Assembly (NCBI GenBank): GCA_009711785.1
Contig: VENA01000046.1
Span: forward strand, 2,934 to 66,933
DNA from: Bacillota bacterium
Lineage (GTDB): Bacteria > Bacillota > Clostridia > Tissierellales > MES13
Reading direction: 5' to 3'
DNA length: 64,000 nt
Under the pieces are notes generated by a model. That model made no database searches. It was not told the DNA's origin and was given only the letters and a program-made list of their open reading frames with translations. Within the stretch, counting starts at the first letter, position 1; each line of letters begins with the position of its first letter. This document shows, piece by piece, positions 1 through 11,624 of the stretch. Both the position numbers and the translations under genes were made by a program.

Positions 1-1779
1 ATAAGAAAATTCTTTAATCTTGTATATAATTTATCTGACAATGAAAAGGATATAAATTTAAAAATGATAGAGCAAGAAAGTTTAATAAATATAACTGAAA
101 AAGATTATATGATTTTATTAAATACAGAAAACAAACAATTAGAAAAGCTTGAAACATACATATATGAAATAGTTAATCAGATAATGGGTACAGGTATTAA
201 GGAGGAAGAAATAAGCTTTGAAAAGGAAAATGTAAGTAAGATATTTAATAATTTAGAGGATATCCCTAAGGATTTAAAGTTAATAGGTGAAAAAATAATT
301 AAACAAACATTAAAACCTAATAGATTTTTAGATACAGAAACTACAAAAGAAAAGAAAATGAAAGCAGCAAATGAAGTTGAATCAGTTATTATAAAGAAAG
401 GACAATTGATAGTTAGACAAGGAGAGCAAGTAACACAAAGAACCTTAGAATTAATAAAAAGTACTGGTCTTTTAAAAGAAAGCACTAAATTTGATTATAA
501 AATTATTCTAGGTTCAATTTTAATAGTAATTATTTTTGAATTAATAATTATTGGATACCTATATGTTCTTGATAAAGAAATACTTAAGAATATTAAAAAA
601 ATTACTATGTTATCAATAATTATTTTGTCAATAATTGTTATATCTAAAACAGTTTATAATATATCACCTTATTTGCTACCAGTATCTGCAGCTGCGATGT
701 TAATATCTATTTTAACGAATCCTAAACTTTCAATATTACTAAATTTTGTTATAGTATTAATAATTGGGTTAATTACTGGTAATGATATTAATGTTGTTAC
801 AATGTGCATGATAGGAGGAATAATAGCCTCAATAGGGGTAATTAAAACTAACCATAGACATAACTTATTTATTGTAGGGTTTGTCGTTGGGTTAGTAAAT
901 ATAGGAGTGATATTATCCTTTGGTCTTATAGATGATTTAGGGTTTAAAATAATGTTATCAAAATGTATATATGGAATGCTTAATGGTGTATTCAGTGCCA
1001 TATTAACAATAGGATCATTACCACTTTGGGAAGGATTATTTGGTATAATTACGCCACTTAAATTATTAGAACTTTCTAATCCTAATCATCCATTGCAAAA
1101 AAAATTATTATTAGAAGCACCAGGTACTTATCATCATAGTATTGTAGTTGGAAATTTAAGTGAAGCAGCAGCGGAGGCTGTAGGAGGCAATTCACTTATA
1201 GCAAGGGCTGGGGCTTATTATCATGATGTAGGCAAATTAAAAAGGCCATATTTCTTTAGAGAAAATCAATTAAATAATGTCAATCCCCACGATAAGATTA
1301 ATCCAAATTTAAGTTCATTAATAATTATAAATCACACAAAAAATGGTGTTGATATGGCTAAGAAATACAATTTACCTAAGGTAATTGAAAATATAATTAA
1401 AGAACACCATGGTAATACTTTAGTTGCTTACTTTTATCATAAAGCTTTAAATGGTGATAATTCTAATTTAATACAAGAAGAAAGTTTTAGATATAAAGGG
1501 CCTAAACCACAATCAAAGGAATCAGCAATAATAATGCTAGCTGATTCAGTAGAAGCAGCAGTAAGATCTATGCAAGAACCTACAAAGGGAAAAATTGAAG
1601 GTAAAGTTAGAGAGATTATAAAAGATAAATTAGAGGATGGTCAGTTAGATGAATGTGATTTAACATTGAAGGATTTAAACACTATTGCTAAAGCTTTTTT
1701 AAGCATACTTATTGGAATATTTCATGAAAGAATTGAATATCCAAAACTTGATTTAAGTGAACTAAAAGGAGGGGTTTAA
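1..1779 (+). CDS. pgpH: 7TM-HD phosphohydrolase, PgpH/YqfF-like c-di-AMP phosphodiesterase (5' truncated by window edge)
   Basis: Frame open from base 1; multiple TM helices followed by HD domain motifs (APGTYHHS, YYHDVGK, EHHG, LADSVEAA); directly upstream of ybeY as expected. Confidence 0.88.
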   Translation: MRKFFNLVYNLSDNEKDINLKMIEQESLINITEKDYMILLNTENKQLEKLETYIYEIVNQIMGTGIKEEEISFEKENVSKIFNNLEDIPKDLKLIGEKIIKQTLKPNRFLDTETTKEKKMKAANEVESVIIKKGQLIVRQGEQVTQRTLELIKSTGLLKESTKFDYKIILGSILIVIIFELIIIGYLYVLDKEILKNIKKITMLSIIILSIIVISKTVYNISPYLLPVSAAAMLISILTNPKLSILLNFVIVLIIGLITGNDINVVTMCMIGGIIASIGVIKTNHRHNLFIVGFVVGLVNIGVILSFGLIDDLGFKIMLSKCIYGMLNGVFSAILTIGSLPLWEGLFGIITPLKLLELSNPNHPLQKKLLLEAPGTYHHSIVVGNLSEAAAEAVGGNSLIARAGAYYHDVGKLKRPYFFRENQLNNVNPHDKINPNLSSLIIINHTKNGVDMAKKYNLPKVIENIIKEHHGNTLVAYFYHKALNGDNSNLIQEESFRYKGPKPQSKESAIIMLADSVEAAVRSMQEPTKGKIEGKVREIIKDKLEDGQLDECDLTLKDLNTIAKAFLSILIGIFHERIEYPKLDLSELKGGV

Positions 1780-2244
1780 GTGGAAATTTTTATCGATAAT
1801 AGACAAGATAAAATTAATATAGATACCGATATTGAAGAAGCAATAAAATTAGTTATAAAACGTTGTCTTGAATATGAAAATGTGGGTTTAAATTATGAAG
1901 TTAGTGTGTCAATTGTAAATAATAATGAAATAAAGGAATTAAATAAAAAATTTAGAAAAAAGGATACTCCTACTGATGTTTTATCTTTTCCTATGATAGA
2001 TGACGATATTATAGAAAATCAAATACCAATACTAGGGGATATAGTGATATCTGCCGAAAAAGCTTTAGAACAATCTAAGGAGTTTAATCATTCATTTAAA
2101 AGGGAAATTTCATATTTAACTGCCCATAGTGTTTTTCACTTGTTAGGTTATGATCATTCATATGAAGAAGAAAAAAGTATTATGAGAGAAAAGGAAAAGT
2201 CTATTATGAAAAGTTTAAAAATATTTAAAGATACTTCATGTTAA
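1780..2244 (+). CDS. ybeY: rRNA maturation endoribonuclease YbeY
   Basis: TDVLSFP, LGDIVIS and HxxxHLLGYDH motifs; GTG start after GGAGG. Confidence 0.95.
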   Translation: MEIFIDNRQDKINIDTDIEEAIKLVIKRCLEYENVGLNYEVSVSIVNNNEIKELNKKFRKKDTPTDVLSFPMIDDDIIENQIPILGDIVISAEKALEQSKEFNHSFKREISYLTAHSVFHLLGYDHSYEEEKSIMREKEKSIMKSLKIFKDTSC

Positions 2245-2279
2245 AATTGGGTAATTATAATAAATAGATAAAGGTGTTA

Positions 2280-2981
2280 ATGATGAAAGTAAGGAATTTA
2301 ATAGATAGTTTTAATTATGCAGTTGATGGGATTATATATACACTGAAAACTCAAAGAAATATGAGAATACATTTCTTTGCTGCATTTTTAGTGTTAATAA
2401 TAAGTTTATTTTTTGATTTTAATCGTGTGGAGTTACTGATACTTTTTCTTACTATTACTGTAGTAATAATAGCAGAGATGATTAATACTGCTGTAGAAAA
2501 AACTATAGATATTATAACTAAGGAGTATCATCCACTAGCCAAAATTGCAAAGAATGTTGCTGCGGGTGCTGTGTTAATAGCAGCAGGTAATGCTATTGTA
2601 GTAGCGTATTTATTATTATTTGACAGATTTAATCCATATACACAACTTATTATAACAAGATTAAAACAATCACCAATACATATAACATTCATTAGTATAA
2701 TACTAGTTATTATTTTAATAGTATCAATAAAATCTTTAACCCATGAGGGTACTCCATTTAAAGGTGGTATAGCCAGTGGACATGCAGCAATTGCGTTTTC
2801 AACTGCTACAGCAATAACTTTTATAGCTGAGAGTACTTTAGTAGCTACATTAAGTTTTTTTATTGCTATATTAGTAGCACAGAGTAGAATAGAAGGAAAA
2901 ATACATACAACAATACAAGTTTTATCTGGAGCTGTTGTAGGTATTTTATTGACAGTTCTAGTTTTTCAAGTAATTAGTTAG
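2280..2981 (+). CDS. dgkA: Diacylglycerol/undecaprenol kinase (DgkA) fused to a PAP2-like C-terminal domain
   Basis: SFNYA..G, EMINTAVE, AKNVAAGAV motifs; C-terminal SGHAA and SRI...H; synteny with ybeY. Confidence 0.88.
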   Translation: MMKVRNLIDSFNYAVDGIIYTLKTQRNMRIHFFAAFLVLIISLFFDFNRVELLILFLTITVVIIAEMINTAVEKTIDIITKEYHPLAKIAKNVAAGAVLIAAGNAIVVAYLLLFDRFNPYTQLIITRLKQSPIHITFISIILVIILIVSIKSLTHEGTPFKGGIASGHAAIAFSTATAITFIAESTLVATLSFFIAILVAQSRIEGKIHTTIQVLSGAVVGILLTVLVFQVIS

Positions 2982-3005
2982 TTCCAGATATCAGGAGGGA
3001 TAATT

Positions 3006-4280
3006 TTGTCAGATATTGACTTTTATTATAGAGTAGTGATTTTATTTATATTACTTATATTATCAGGAGTTTTTTCAAGTTCAGAAACAGCGATGACTGC
3101 AATTAATATAGCTAGAATAAAACAGTTAAAAGAAAAAGATGAAAAAGCAGCAAATGTTTTAGAAAGGCTTAAAAAAGAATTAAATACAATATTAGCAACA
3201 ATACTGATAGGAAACAATTTAGTTAATATAGCTGCCACTGCGATATTGACAGAATTAACAGTAGAAATGTTTGGTCAAAGTGGAACTTTAGTAGCAACTG
3301 GTATTATGACCACATTAATATTGATATTTGGAGAAATAACTCCAAAAACATATGCGGCTCAAAATCCAGAAAAATTAGCTACAAAGGTTGGAAGACCATT
3401 GGAGATGCTTTCAATTGTTTTTAAACCTATATTAATACTTTTAAATGGAATAACAAATTTCATTTTAAAAATATTTGGAGGCGAAGACTCAAAAAATAGT
3501 CCGTTTGTTACCGAAGAAGACATAAGATCTTGGGTTGATGTAGGAGAAGAAGAAGGAGTAGTTAAGCATCAAGCTAAGGAAATGATAGAAGGAGTATTCG
3601 AAATAGATGATATAGATGTAACTGAGGTTATGATACCTAGGATAGATGTTAATGCTATATCAAAGGATAAATCTTTAAAAGATGCATTAGATTTAATCAT
3701 AACATATGGACACTCAAGAATACCTATCTATAGTGATACTATAGATGATATTGTTGGTATACTTTATGCTAAGGATATATTACCCTTTGTAAATGCAGAT
3801 AATAGTGTTATAAAAGGAAAAACAATATCTAGTTTAATGAGACCTGCATATTATGTTCCAGAAACAAAGAAGGTAAATAAATTATTAAGAGAATTACAAC
3901 AACAAAAAATACATATGGCTATTGTTTTAGACGAATATGGAGGTACTGAAGGATTAGTTACAATCGAAGATATATTAGAAGAAATTGTTGGTGATATATT
4001 AGATGAATATGATAATGAAATAGACTTGTATGAAAAAGTAGATGATAATGTATATTTAGTTAAAGCTGAAATTTCATTAGAGGATTTCAATGATTTATTT
4101 ACTACAGAGTTACCAGAAAATGAGTTTGACTCATTAGGAGGATTTATTTTTAGTAATCTAGGTAGAGTACCGGTAAAAGAAGATTTTATAGAATACAACT
4201 ATATGGTAATAACTGTTAAAGAAGTTTCTAATAGAAGAATAAAAAAAGTAGAGATTAAATTTAAAGGAAAAAACAAATAG
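3006..4280 (+). CDS. CNNM/CorC-HlyC family membrane protein (DUF21-CBS-CorC)
   Basis: FSSSETA, ILIGNNLVNI, FGEITPK, HSRIP, DEYGGTEGLVTIEDILEEIVGDI motifs; TTG start with GGAGG. Confidence 0.92.
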   Translation: MSDIDFYYRVVILFILLILSGVFSSSETAMTAINIARIKQLKEKDEKAANVLERLKKELNTILATILIGNNLVNIAATAILTELTVEMFGQSGTLVATGIMTTLILIFGEITPKTYAAQNPEKLATKVGRPLEMLSIVFKPILILLNGITNFILKIFGGEDSKNSPFVTEEDIRSWVDVGEEEGVVKHQAKEMIEGVFEIDDIDVTEVMIPRIDVNAISKDKSLKDALDLIITYGHSRIPIYSDTIDDIVGILYAKDILPFVNADNSVIKGKTISSLMRPAYYVPETKKVNKLLRELQQQKIHMAIVLDEYGGTEGLVTIEDILEEIVGDILDEYDNEIDLYEKVDDNVYLVKAEISLEDFNDLFTTELPENEFDSLGGFIFSNLGRVPVKEDFIEYNYMVITVKEVSNRRIKKVEIKFKGKNK

Positions 4281-4300
4281 GTTTTATTGGGGGAAAAGGT

Positions 4301-5437
4301 ATGAAAAAGAAAATCTTATTATTTTTGATGATATTTGCATTAATTCTTACTTTAATCGCATGCAATAAAAGTGAACCTGTTAATAAAGAAAAGGAAATTA
4401 ATAAAGTAACTGAAGAAAATAAAGATGATTCTAAAGAAAATAAAAAGAAAGAAAAAGAAGAAAAAACTGAACTAGAGAGTAAGGAAAATGAAGAGAAAAG
4501 AGATGAAGAAAAAAAAGAAAAAGAGGTTGCTAAAAAAGAAGGAATACAATCTCCACTAAGTGGTTTATATGATACTAAAGAAAAAATAAATAGAAGAATA
4601 GTTGCAATTATGTTTGATAATCAAAAGTATGCAAGATGGCAGTCAGGATTAAGTAAAGCTGAAATAGTTTATGAGATGCTTGTAGAAGGTAATATCACTA
4701 GGTATATGGGTTTATTTTTAAAAAACGATCCTGAATTAATTGGACCTGTTAGAAGTGCGAGACCTTACTTTATAACAGCTTTATTACAATATGACCCTTT
4801 ATATGTAAGATGTGGCGGGAGTCCCCAGGCTAAAAAAGATGTTAATGGTTTAAAAATTGCAGATGTAGATGGATTAGCAGCACCTGGATATTTATTTCAA
4901 AGATATAATGAAACCGGAAAAAAAATACCCCATAACTTATATACAGGAATGAGTAAAATAAGAAAATATCAAAGAGCTAGAAATTATAGAGAAGAAAGTA
5001 GTTTTGATGGTTTTAAATTTAATAGTGAAGATAATGATATAAAGGGTGTTAATGCTGAAACAATATTAATAAAATATTCTTCTAGAAATACTACTAAATA
5101 TGTTTATGATGCTGAAAAGAAAAAATATAAAAGATTTAAAGATGGAAAAGAACATATTGACGAGTATGATAAGGAACAATTATATGCTAAAAATATTATA
5201 ATTCAAAAGGCTAAAACTAAAATTATTGATAGTATTGGTAGATTAGATATTGAATTAATAGGAAAAGGTAAAGCTATATATATTACAAATGGAAAAGCAA
5301 CTGAGATAACTTGGAAAAAAGAAAATAGAAACTCTAGAACAATATATTATAATAAGGATGGTTCACAGCTAAAATTAAATCCAGGAATAACTTGGATTCA
5401 AGTAACTAAATCTAAACCGAATATTAGTATAAAGTAG
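4301..5437 (+). CDS. DUF3048/YerB-like lipoprotein
   Basis: Lipobox LIAC, charged linker, SPLSG, EGNITR, GPVRSARPY, PHNLY, PGITWIQV motifs. Confidence 0.85.
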   Translation: MKKKILLFLMIFALILTLIACNKSEPVNKEKEINKVTEENKDDSKENKKKEKEEKTELESKENEEKRDEEKKEKEVAKKEGIQSPLSGLYDTKEKINRRIVAIMFDNQKYARWQSGLSKAEIVYEMLVEGNITRYMGLFLKNDPELIGPVRSARPYFITALLQYDPLYVRCGGSPQAKKDVNGLKIADVDGLAAPGYLFQRYNETGKKIPHNLYTGMSKIRKYQRARNYREESSFDGFKFNSEDNDIKGVNAETILIKYSSRNTTKYVYDAEKKKYKRFKDGKEHIDEYDKEQLYAKNIIIQKAKTKIIDSIGRLDIELIGKGKAIYITNGKATEITWKKENRNSRTIYYNKDGSQLKLNPGITWIQVTKSKPNISIK

Positions 5438-5447
5438 GAGGAAAAAT

Positions 5448-5858
5448 ATGAATGAAAAGCTATTAGTAAAAAAAGCTATAGAATCTAAGGATAAAGCATA
5501 TGTACCCTATTCAAATTTTCATGTAGGAGCAGCCGTTATGACTGAAAAAGGTAATGTTTATACAGGTTGTAATATTGAATCTGCTGCTTATACACCTACT
5601 ATATGTGCTGAAAGGACGGCTATATTTAAAGCTGTTTCAGAAGGTGAGAAAAATATTATAGCAATTGCAGTAACAGGAGATTCTGAGTACACTTATCCAT
5701 GTGGAGTATGCAGACAAGTAATTAGAGAATTCGGTAGAAATGCAAAGATATACATAGTAAAATCAGAAGAAGAATATAGGGAATATACTATAGATGACTT
5801 ACTTCCCCATAGTTTTGGACCAGAAGATTTAACTAAAGGAAAAAGAAAGGAAGAATAA
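5448..5858 (+). CDS. cdd: Cytidine deaminase
   Basis: PYSNFHVGAA, CAERTA, PCGVCRQ zinc motifs; upstream of era. Confidence 0.95.
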   Translation: MNEKLLVKKAIESKDKAYVPYSNFHVGAAVMTEKGNVYTGCNIESAAYTPTICAERTAIFKAVSEGEKNIIAIAVTGDSEYTYPCGVCRQVIREFGRNAKIYIVKSEEEYREYTIDDLLPHSFGPEDLTKGKRKEE

Positions 5859-5859
5859 A

Positions 5860-6747
5860 ATGGAATATAAATCAGGATTTGTTACCATAGTAGGTAGACC
5901 CAATGTAGGTAAATCAACATTAATAAATAGAGTAATAGGTGAAAAAATAGCTATAACTTCTAAAAAACCTCAAACGACTAGAAATAAAATACAATGTATA
6001 TATTCAGAAGATGATTTTCAAATTGTTTTTCTAGATACTCCAGGAATGCATAAGCCTAAAAACAAATTAGGGGATTTTATGTTTGGGGAAATAAATAATT
6101 CTTTAAAGGATATTGATGTAGTATTGTGTATGGTGGATAATAGTATGGAAATAGGACCAGGAGATAAATACATTATTGAAGAAATGAAAAAAATATCATC
6201 ACCCAAAATACTTGTGATAAATAAAGCTGACAAATTAAATAATAAAAAATTAGAGAGAATTGTTAACAACTATAAAGAGTTAGATATATTTGAAAAAATT
6301 GTTCCAATCTCAGCATTAGAAGGAAAGAATATAGATGGATTACTAAAAGATATTAAAGAATTTTTGCCTAAAGGACCACAATATTATCCAGAAGATATGA
6401 TAACTGACCAACCAGAGAGATTAATAGTAGCAGAAATGATTAGGGAAAAAGCTCTTCACTATTTAGACCAAGAAGTTCCTCATGGAATTGCAGTTAAAGT
6501 GAATAAAATGTCTACAAGAAAAGATAAAGATCTAGTAGATATAAGTGCTACAATTTTTTGTGAAAGAGATTCTCACAAGGGCATAATTATTGGTAAAAAT
6601 GGTAGAAAATTAAAAGGAATAGGAAAGAGTTCAAGACAAAATATTGAAAAATTGTTAGGAAGTAAAGTAAACTTACAACTATGGGTGAAAGTAAATAAAA
6701 ATTGGAGAGAAAAGGATAAAATGGTTAAACGTATGGGTTATAAATAA
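5860..6747 (+). CDS. era: GTPase Era
   Basis: GRPNVGKS, QTTR, DTPG, NKAD; C-terminal KH domain (IIIGKNG). Confidence 0.97.
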   Translation: MEYKSGFVTIVGRPNVGKSTLINRVIGEKIAITSKKPQTTRNKIQCIYSEDDFQIVFLDTPGMHKPKNKLGDFMFGEINNSLKDIDVVLCMVDNSMEIGPGDKYIIEEMKKISSPKILVINKADKLNNKKLERIVNNYKELDIFEKIVPISALEGKNIDGLLKDIKEFLPKGPQYYPEDMITDQPERLIVAEMIREKALHYLDQEVPHGIAVKVNKMSTRKDKDLVDISATIFCERDSHKGIIIGKNGRKLKGIGKSSRQNIEKLLGSKVNLQLWVKVNKNWREKDKMVKRMGYK

Positions 6748-6862
6748 AACTTCAGTAGCAAGCAATTAAACTTTAACTTAAATTACACAAATTGTATTGA
6801 ATAATTGTCATTATTATTAACAAACTAATGATATATAATAATCATTAATAGGAGGCATGATT

Positions 6863-7024
6863 ATGTTAAATAATGATATGTGGAAAATATTTGAAGCTAC
6901 TGGAAGACTAGAAGCCTATCTTTATTGTAAAGATATTCTAAATATAGATATTAATAAAACTAACAAAGAGTTTATATCTGATAGGGAAGATAATTTACAA
7001 TTAAATAAAAGTAATTTAAGTTAA
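6863..7024 (+). CDS. yqzL: YqzL-family small protein (53 aa; absent from ORF track)
   Basis: GGAGG at 6851-6855; MLNNDMWKIFEATGRLEAYLYCKD... matches the WxxFxxTGxxxAYL pattern; era-yqzL-recO position. Confidence 0.8.
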   Translation: MLNNDMWKIFEATGRLEAYLYCKDILNIDINKTNKEFISDREDNLQLNKSNLS

Positions 7025-7039
7025 TATTGGGGTGTATTA

Positions 7040-7783
7040 ATGATAGTAAAATGTGAGGGGATAGTTCTTAAGCAGATAAAGTTTAAAGATAATGATAAAA
7101 TACTTACAGTTTTTACGAAAAATAATGGAAAAATTCAAGCTATAGCAAAAGGTGCTAGAAAACCAAAGAGTAAATTAATTGCTAGCACCCAAGTTTTTTG
7201 CTATAGCAATTTTGTAGCATATAAAGGTAAAAATTTCTATAATATTAATCAAGGGGAGATTGTAGAGTCATTTTATCCTATAAGAGAAGATCTTAATAAA
7301 TTAGCCTATGCTACTTATGTAATGGAACTTGTTTATTCAGCAACCGCAGAAGAAGAGGTTAATACAAAATTATTTGGATTAATATTAAAGACTATGAAAT
7401 TAATGGCTTTTACTGAGATCGATATATTGAAACTAATAAGAGCTTTTGAAATAAAATATATAAGTTTTTTAGGCTATAAGCCATATTTAAAAAATTGTGT
7501 TAATTGTAATGGAGAATTGAATAAAGATATTAGATTTAGTTTAAACTATGGAGGATTATTATGTAATAATTGCAATCACAAGGATAAATATGCATTTAAA
7601 ATTAATACAAAAATTCACAATACTTTAAATACATTACTCTATTGTCATTTAGATGAATTAAGCAAAGTTAATATAGATAAAGAATCCATGAAAAAAATAG
7701 AAAAAATATTAATTAAATACATTTTAAAACAAATTGATAGGAATAATTTTAAGTCTTTAGATTTCATAAATACATTAAAATAG
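7040..7783 (+). CDS. recO: DNA repair protein RecO
   Basis: N-terminal OB fold (DKILTVFT..GKI.AIAKGARKPKS), CxxC...CxxC zinc motif; synteny with era. Confidence 0.93.
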   Translation: MIVKCEGIVLKQIKFKDNDKILTVFTKNNGKIQAIAKGARKPKSKLIASTQVFCYSNFVAYKGKNFYNINQGEIVESFYPIREDLNKLAYATYVMELVYSATAEEEVNTKLFGLILKTMKLMAFTEIDILKLIRAFEIKYISFLGYKPYLKNCVNCNGELNKDIRFSLNYGGLLCNNCNHKDKYAFKINTKIHNTLNTLLYCHLDELSKVNIDKESMKKIEKILIKYILKQIDRNNFKSLDFINTLK

Positions 7784-7794
7784 GAGGTATCTTT

Positions 7795-8271
7795 ATGGAT
7801 ATAACATTAGAAAAAATTGATACTTTAAGAGAAAGGGCAGGTATAAGCTATAAAGAAGCCAAGGAAATCTTAGAAAAAAATGATGGAGATTTACTCGAAT
7901 CTTTAATCTATCTTGAAGAAAATGAAAAGTCCTGGACAGATAATATATCCGGTAAAGGAGATGAAATTCTATTAAAATTAAAAGAATACATTAGAAAAGG
8001 TAACGTTACAAAAGTGTTACTAAAAAAAGATGGAGAGATAGTAATGAATATACCAGTAACAGCAGGAGCAATAGGAGCTGTACTTTCTCCACCTATTACA
8101 GCTATTGCATTTACTGCTGCCTTAGTTTCTAAACATACTTTAGAAATAGTAAAAGAAGATGGTGAAGTAGTAAATATAAGTGAAATGGCAGAAAAGACAG
8201 TAGATAAAGTAAAAAGAACTAATAAATCTGAAGATTTTTATGAAGAATATAAAGAAAATAATGATAAATAG
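7795..8271 (+). CDS. DUF4342 domain protein with N-terminal UBA/EF-Ts-like helix bundle
   Basis: ITLEKID.LRER..ISY.EAK N-terminus and KGNVTK...IPVTAG motif. Confidence 0.75.
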   Translation: MDITLEKIDTLRERAGISYKEAKEILEKNDGDLLESLIYLEENEKSWTDNISGKGDEILLKLKEYIRKGNVTKVLLKKDGEIVMNIPVTAGAIGAVLSPPITAIAFTAALVSKHTLEIVKEDGEVVNISEMAEKTVDKVKRTNKSEDFYEEYKENNDK

Positions 8272-8273
8272 TA

Positions 8274-8302
8274 TTGACAAAAGAATGATTATTTGCTAAA
8301 TT
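8274..8302 (+). promoter_or_regulatory. Sigma-A promoter of the glyQS leader
   Basis: TTGACA(8274)-N17-TAAATT, with TG extension. Confidence 0.75.
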
Positions 8303-8321
8303 ATCTATATACAAAATAGTT

Positions 8322-8514
8322 TGCTATGATGAAGAGGAGTAGACAATTTTAATTATTAAAAGCGAGTCAGGAAGGGTGAAAGCCTGATATAATAGATTGT
8401 TGAAAGGCGCTTTTGAGCAAATTTTCAAAGAGGGTATGCTTATTAAAATATACCAATTAGGGTGGAACCGCGGAAGTAACCTTTCGTCCCTAGCCAGGGA
8501 TGGAGGGTTTTTTT
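8322..8514 (+). promoter_or_regulatory. Glycine T-box riboswitch
   Basis: AGTA, AGCGAG and GGTGAAAG stem-I motifs; specifier GGC at 8406-8408; T-box AATTAGGGTGGAACCGCG; terminator followed by a T-run; short leader without stem II, typical of glyQS. Confidence 0.93.
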
Positions 8515-8554
8515 ATATGTTTAAAAAAATGCATGTATATAAAGGAGGTAAAAT

Positions 8555-9439
8555 ATGTATTTACAAGATTTAATATTAACTTTACAGAAATACTGGGGAG
8601 AAAAAGATTGTCTTATAATGCAACCCTATGACGTAGAAAAAGGGGCAGGTACTATGAACCCACGCACTTTTCTTAGATCTTTAGGACCTGAGCCTTGGAA
8701 AGTTGTTTATGTTGAACCTTCAAGGAGACCAGCAGATGCTAGATATGGAGAAAATCCTAATAGGGTCTATCAGCATCATCAGATACAAGTAATCTTAAAA
8801 CCGTCTCCAGAAGATGTTCAAGAACAATATCTAGATAGTTTAAAAGCTATAGGGATAGATCCTTTAAAGCATGATATAAGATTTGTTGAAGATAACTGGG
8901 AAGCCCCAACATTAGGTGCATGGGGATTAGGTTGGGAAGTTTGGTTAGATGGAATGGAAATAACTCAATTTACTTATTTTCAACAAGTTGGTGGAATTAA
9001 CTGCGAATTAGAATCTGCCGAACTAACTTATGGATTAGAAAGAATCGCTATGTATTTACAAGATGTAGATAATGTATTTGATATAGAATGGGTAGAGGGA
9101 GTTAAATATGGGGAGATATTTAAACAAGCTGAGTATGAACATTCTGTTTACAGCTTTGATGAAGCCGATGTAGATGTTTTGTTTGATTTATTTGATACCT
9201 ACGAAAAACAAGCAAAAGAATTAATAGATAAAAATTTAGTATATCCAGCATATGATTTTGTTTTAAAATGTTCTCATACATTCAATGTTCTAGATGCAAG
9301 AGGGGCAATAAGTGTTACTGAGAGAACAAGTTATATTTCAAAAGTAAGAAATCTTGCACGTTTAGTCGCTTCTGAATATGTGGAAAAGAGAGAAAAACTA
9401 GGATTTCCATTGTTAAAGGAAGGTGAAGATAATGAATAA
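8555..9439 (+). CDS. glyQ: Glycyl-tRNA synthetase alpha subunit
   Basis: [48 protein letters not shown]. Confidence 0.98.
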   Translation: MYLQDLILTLQKYWGEKDCLIMQPYDVEKGAGTMNPRTFLRSLGPEPWKVVYVEPSRRPADARYGENPNRVYQHHQIQVILKPSPEDVQEQYLDSLKAIGIDPLKHDIRFVEDNWEAPTLGAWGLGWEVWLDGMEITQFTYFQQVGGINCELESAELTYGLERIAMYLQDVDNVFDIEWVEGVKYGEIFKQAEYEHSVYSFDEADVDVLFDLFDTYEKQAKELIDKNLVYPAYDFVLKCSHTFNVLDARGAISVTERTSYISKVRNLARLVASEYVEKREKLGFPLLKEGEDNE

Positions 9440-11501
9440 ATTTCTTTTAGAAATAGGTACAGAAGAAATACCATCTAGATTTATCGATGATTCTTTAAAT
9501 CAACTTAAAAATAACATAAAGACTACATTAAAAGAAGAAAGAATTTCTTTTGAAGATATCAAGGTCTATGCAACTCCAAGAAGATTAGTAGCTATAATTA
9601 ATGAAATTTCTGGTTTTCAATCTGATTTAGAAGAGTTAGTAAAAGGGCCTTCTAAAAAAATTGGATATGATGAAAAAGGCAATCCTACTAAAGCGTTAGA
9701 GGGATTCGCTAGAGGTCAAGGTGTTGCTTTAGAAGATATTATAATTAAGGATTTTAAAGGTGAAGAATATATTTATGCTAATAAGGTCCAAAAGGGTAAA
9801 AAGGTAACAGAAGTTTTACAAAATGAATTACCTCAAATTATAAAAAATATTAATTTCCCAAAACCAATGAAATGGGGAGGAAAGAACTTAAAATTTGCAA
9901 GACCTATAAGATGGATAATTTCATTATTTAATGATGAAATAGTTAAATTTGACTTAGAAGGAATTATTGCAGGTAATGTAACTAGAGGACATAGATTTTT
10001 AGGTTCATCTAATATAAAGATAGCAAATGTAGATGAGTATTTTGAGAAGTTAAGAGAAAATTATGTAATAGTAGATCAAAACGAAAGAATGGAAATTATA
10101 AAAAGTGGATGTGAAAAGCTTGCTAAGGAGAAGGGTGGTAACTTATTACAAGATAAAGGATTACTTAAAGAATTAACTTATATTGTTGAATATCCAACTC
10201 CTTTGATAGGAAATATTAATCATAAATTTTTAGATTTACCTAAAGAAGTTATAACTACTCCAATGAAAGAACATCAAAGATATTATCCTGTAGTGGATGA
10301 TAAAGATAGATTATTACCATATTTTATAGCAGTAAGAAATGGAAACAAAGAGTACTTAGATACTGTAGCTAAGGGAAATGAGAAAGTTATAGAAGCAAGA
10401 CTTGAAGATGCTAAGTTTTTCTTTGAAGAGGATACAAAATATAATTTAGAAGATTATGTTAATAATTTAAAGAATGTTGTATTCCAGGAGAAATTAGGAA
10501 CAATATATGATAAAACAATAAGAATTAAAGAATTAACTACTCATTTATCTGAAATTTTACAATTAGGTGATGAAACAGAAAGTAATATACAAAGGGCAGC
10601 TTACTTATCAAAAGCTGATCTAGTTACTAATATGGTTAACGAATTTAGTGAATTACAAGGTATTATGGGAAGAGAATATGCTAAAATATCAGGAGAAAAC
10701 GAAATAGTAAGTTTAGCTATTTATGAACATTATCTTCCAAGATTTTCAGAGGATGATTATCCAACAACGACAGCAGGAGCTGTTATTAGCATAGCAGACA
10801 AACTAGATACTATATGTGGTTGTTTTGCAATAGGAATACAACCTACAGGTTCACAGGACCCTTATGGACTTAGAAGACAGGCTTTAGGGATTATTAACAT
10901 TATACTAGATAAAAATATAAATATTTCTATAGATGAGTTAATAGATAATTCTTTATCTATATATAAAAGTAATATTGACTTTAACATTGATAAAGTTAAA
11001 GAGGAAATCATTAAATTTTTCAAAGCTAGAATGAAAAATATGTTTATTAATAACGGCATAAGATATGATGTAGTAGATGCTATAATTAATGTAAATAATA
11101 ATATTACAGATCTTCAAACAAGAGCAATAGAACTTAATAAGTGGATAAAGAAAGATGAATTAGAAGAAGTTCTTACTGCATTTAATAGAGTTGTAAAATT
11201 AGCTAATAAAGCTAATGAAACTAAGATTGATAAGGATTTATTAAAAGAAGAAGAAGAGAAAAAACTTTATCAAGTTTTTAGTGATGTCAAAGAAACAATA
11301 TTATCATATATCAAAGAAAGAGAATATGATAAAGCCCTAGATGGATTACTTAATTTAAAAGATCCAATAGATGATTTTTTCGATAATGTTATGGTTATGG
11401 TTGATGATGAAGATTTAAAAAACAATAGATTAGCTTTAATAAAAACTATTGCAAATACTATGAATAAAATATGTGACTTATCAAAAATAAAAAATAAATA
11501 G
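9432..11501 (+). CDS. glyS: Glycyl-tRNA synthetase beta subunit
   Basis: [37 protein letters not shown]; ATG at 9432 overlaps the glyQ stop. Confidence 0.97.
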   Translation: MNKFLLEIGTEEIPSRFIDDSLNQLKNNIKTTLKEERISFEDIKVYATPRRLVAIINEISGFQSDLEELVKGPSKKIGYDEKGNPTKALEGFARGQGVALEDIIIKDFKGEEYIYANKVQKGKKVTEVLQNELPQIIKNINFPKPMKWGGKNLKFARPIRWIISLFNDEIVKFDLEGIIAGNVTRGHRFLGSSNIKIANVDEYFEKLRENYVIVDQNERMEIIKSGCEKLAKEKGGNLLQDKGLLKELTYIVEYPTPLIGNINHKFLDLPKEVITTPMKEHQRYYPVVDDKDRLLPYFIAVRNGNKEYLDTVAKGNEKVIEARLEDAKFFFEEDTKYNLEDYVNNLKNVVFQEKLGTIYDKTIRIKELTTHLSEILQLGDETESNIQRAAYLSKADLVTNMVNEFSELQGIMGREYAKISGENEIVSLAIYEHYLPRFSEDDYPTTTAGAVISIADKLDTICGCFAIGIQPTGSQDPYGLRRQALGIINIILDKNINISIDELIDNSLSIYKSNIDFNIDKVKEEIIKFFKARMKNMFINNGIRYDVVDAIINVNNNITDLQTRAIELNKWIKKDELEEVLTAFNRVVKLANKANETKIDKDLLKEEEEKKLYQVFSDVKETILSYIKEREYDKALDGLLNLKDPIDDFFDNVMVMVDDEDLKNNRLALIKTIANTMNKICDLSKIKNK

Positions 11502-11507
11502 ATAGAT

Positions 11508-11535
11508 AAATGCGGCTTAAAGTCGCATTTGTTTT
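11508..11535 (+). terminator. Rho-independent terminator after glyS
   Basis: AAATGCGGCT-TAA-AGTCGCATTT followed by GTTTT. Confidence 0.65.
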
Positions 11536-11624
11536 ATCTTAGAAATGCATTTTGAGGTTTCTTGACCATAATATAGACGTTTTGATAAAATACTATTAAG
11601 TTATTTACCCAATAATATGAGAGG

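Noticed and set aside
4380-4545. GAA/AAA-rich repetitive stretch
   Set aside because: Encodes the Lys/Glu low-complexity linker of the lipoprotein; not a DNA repeat array.
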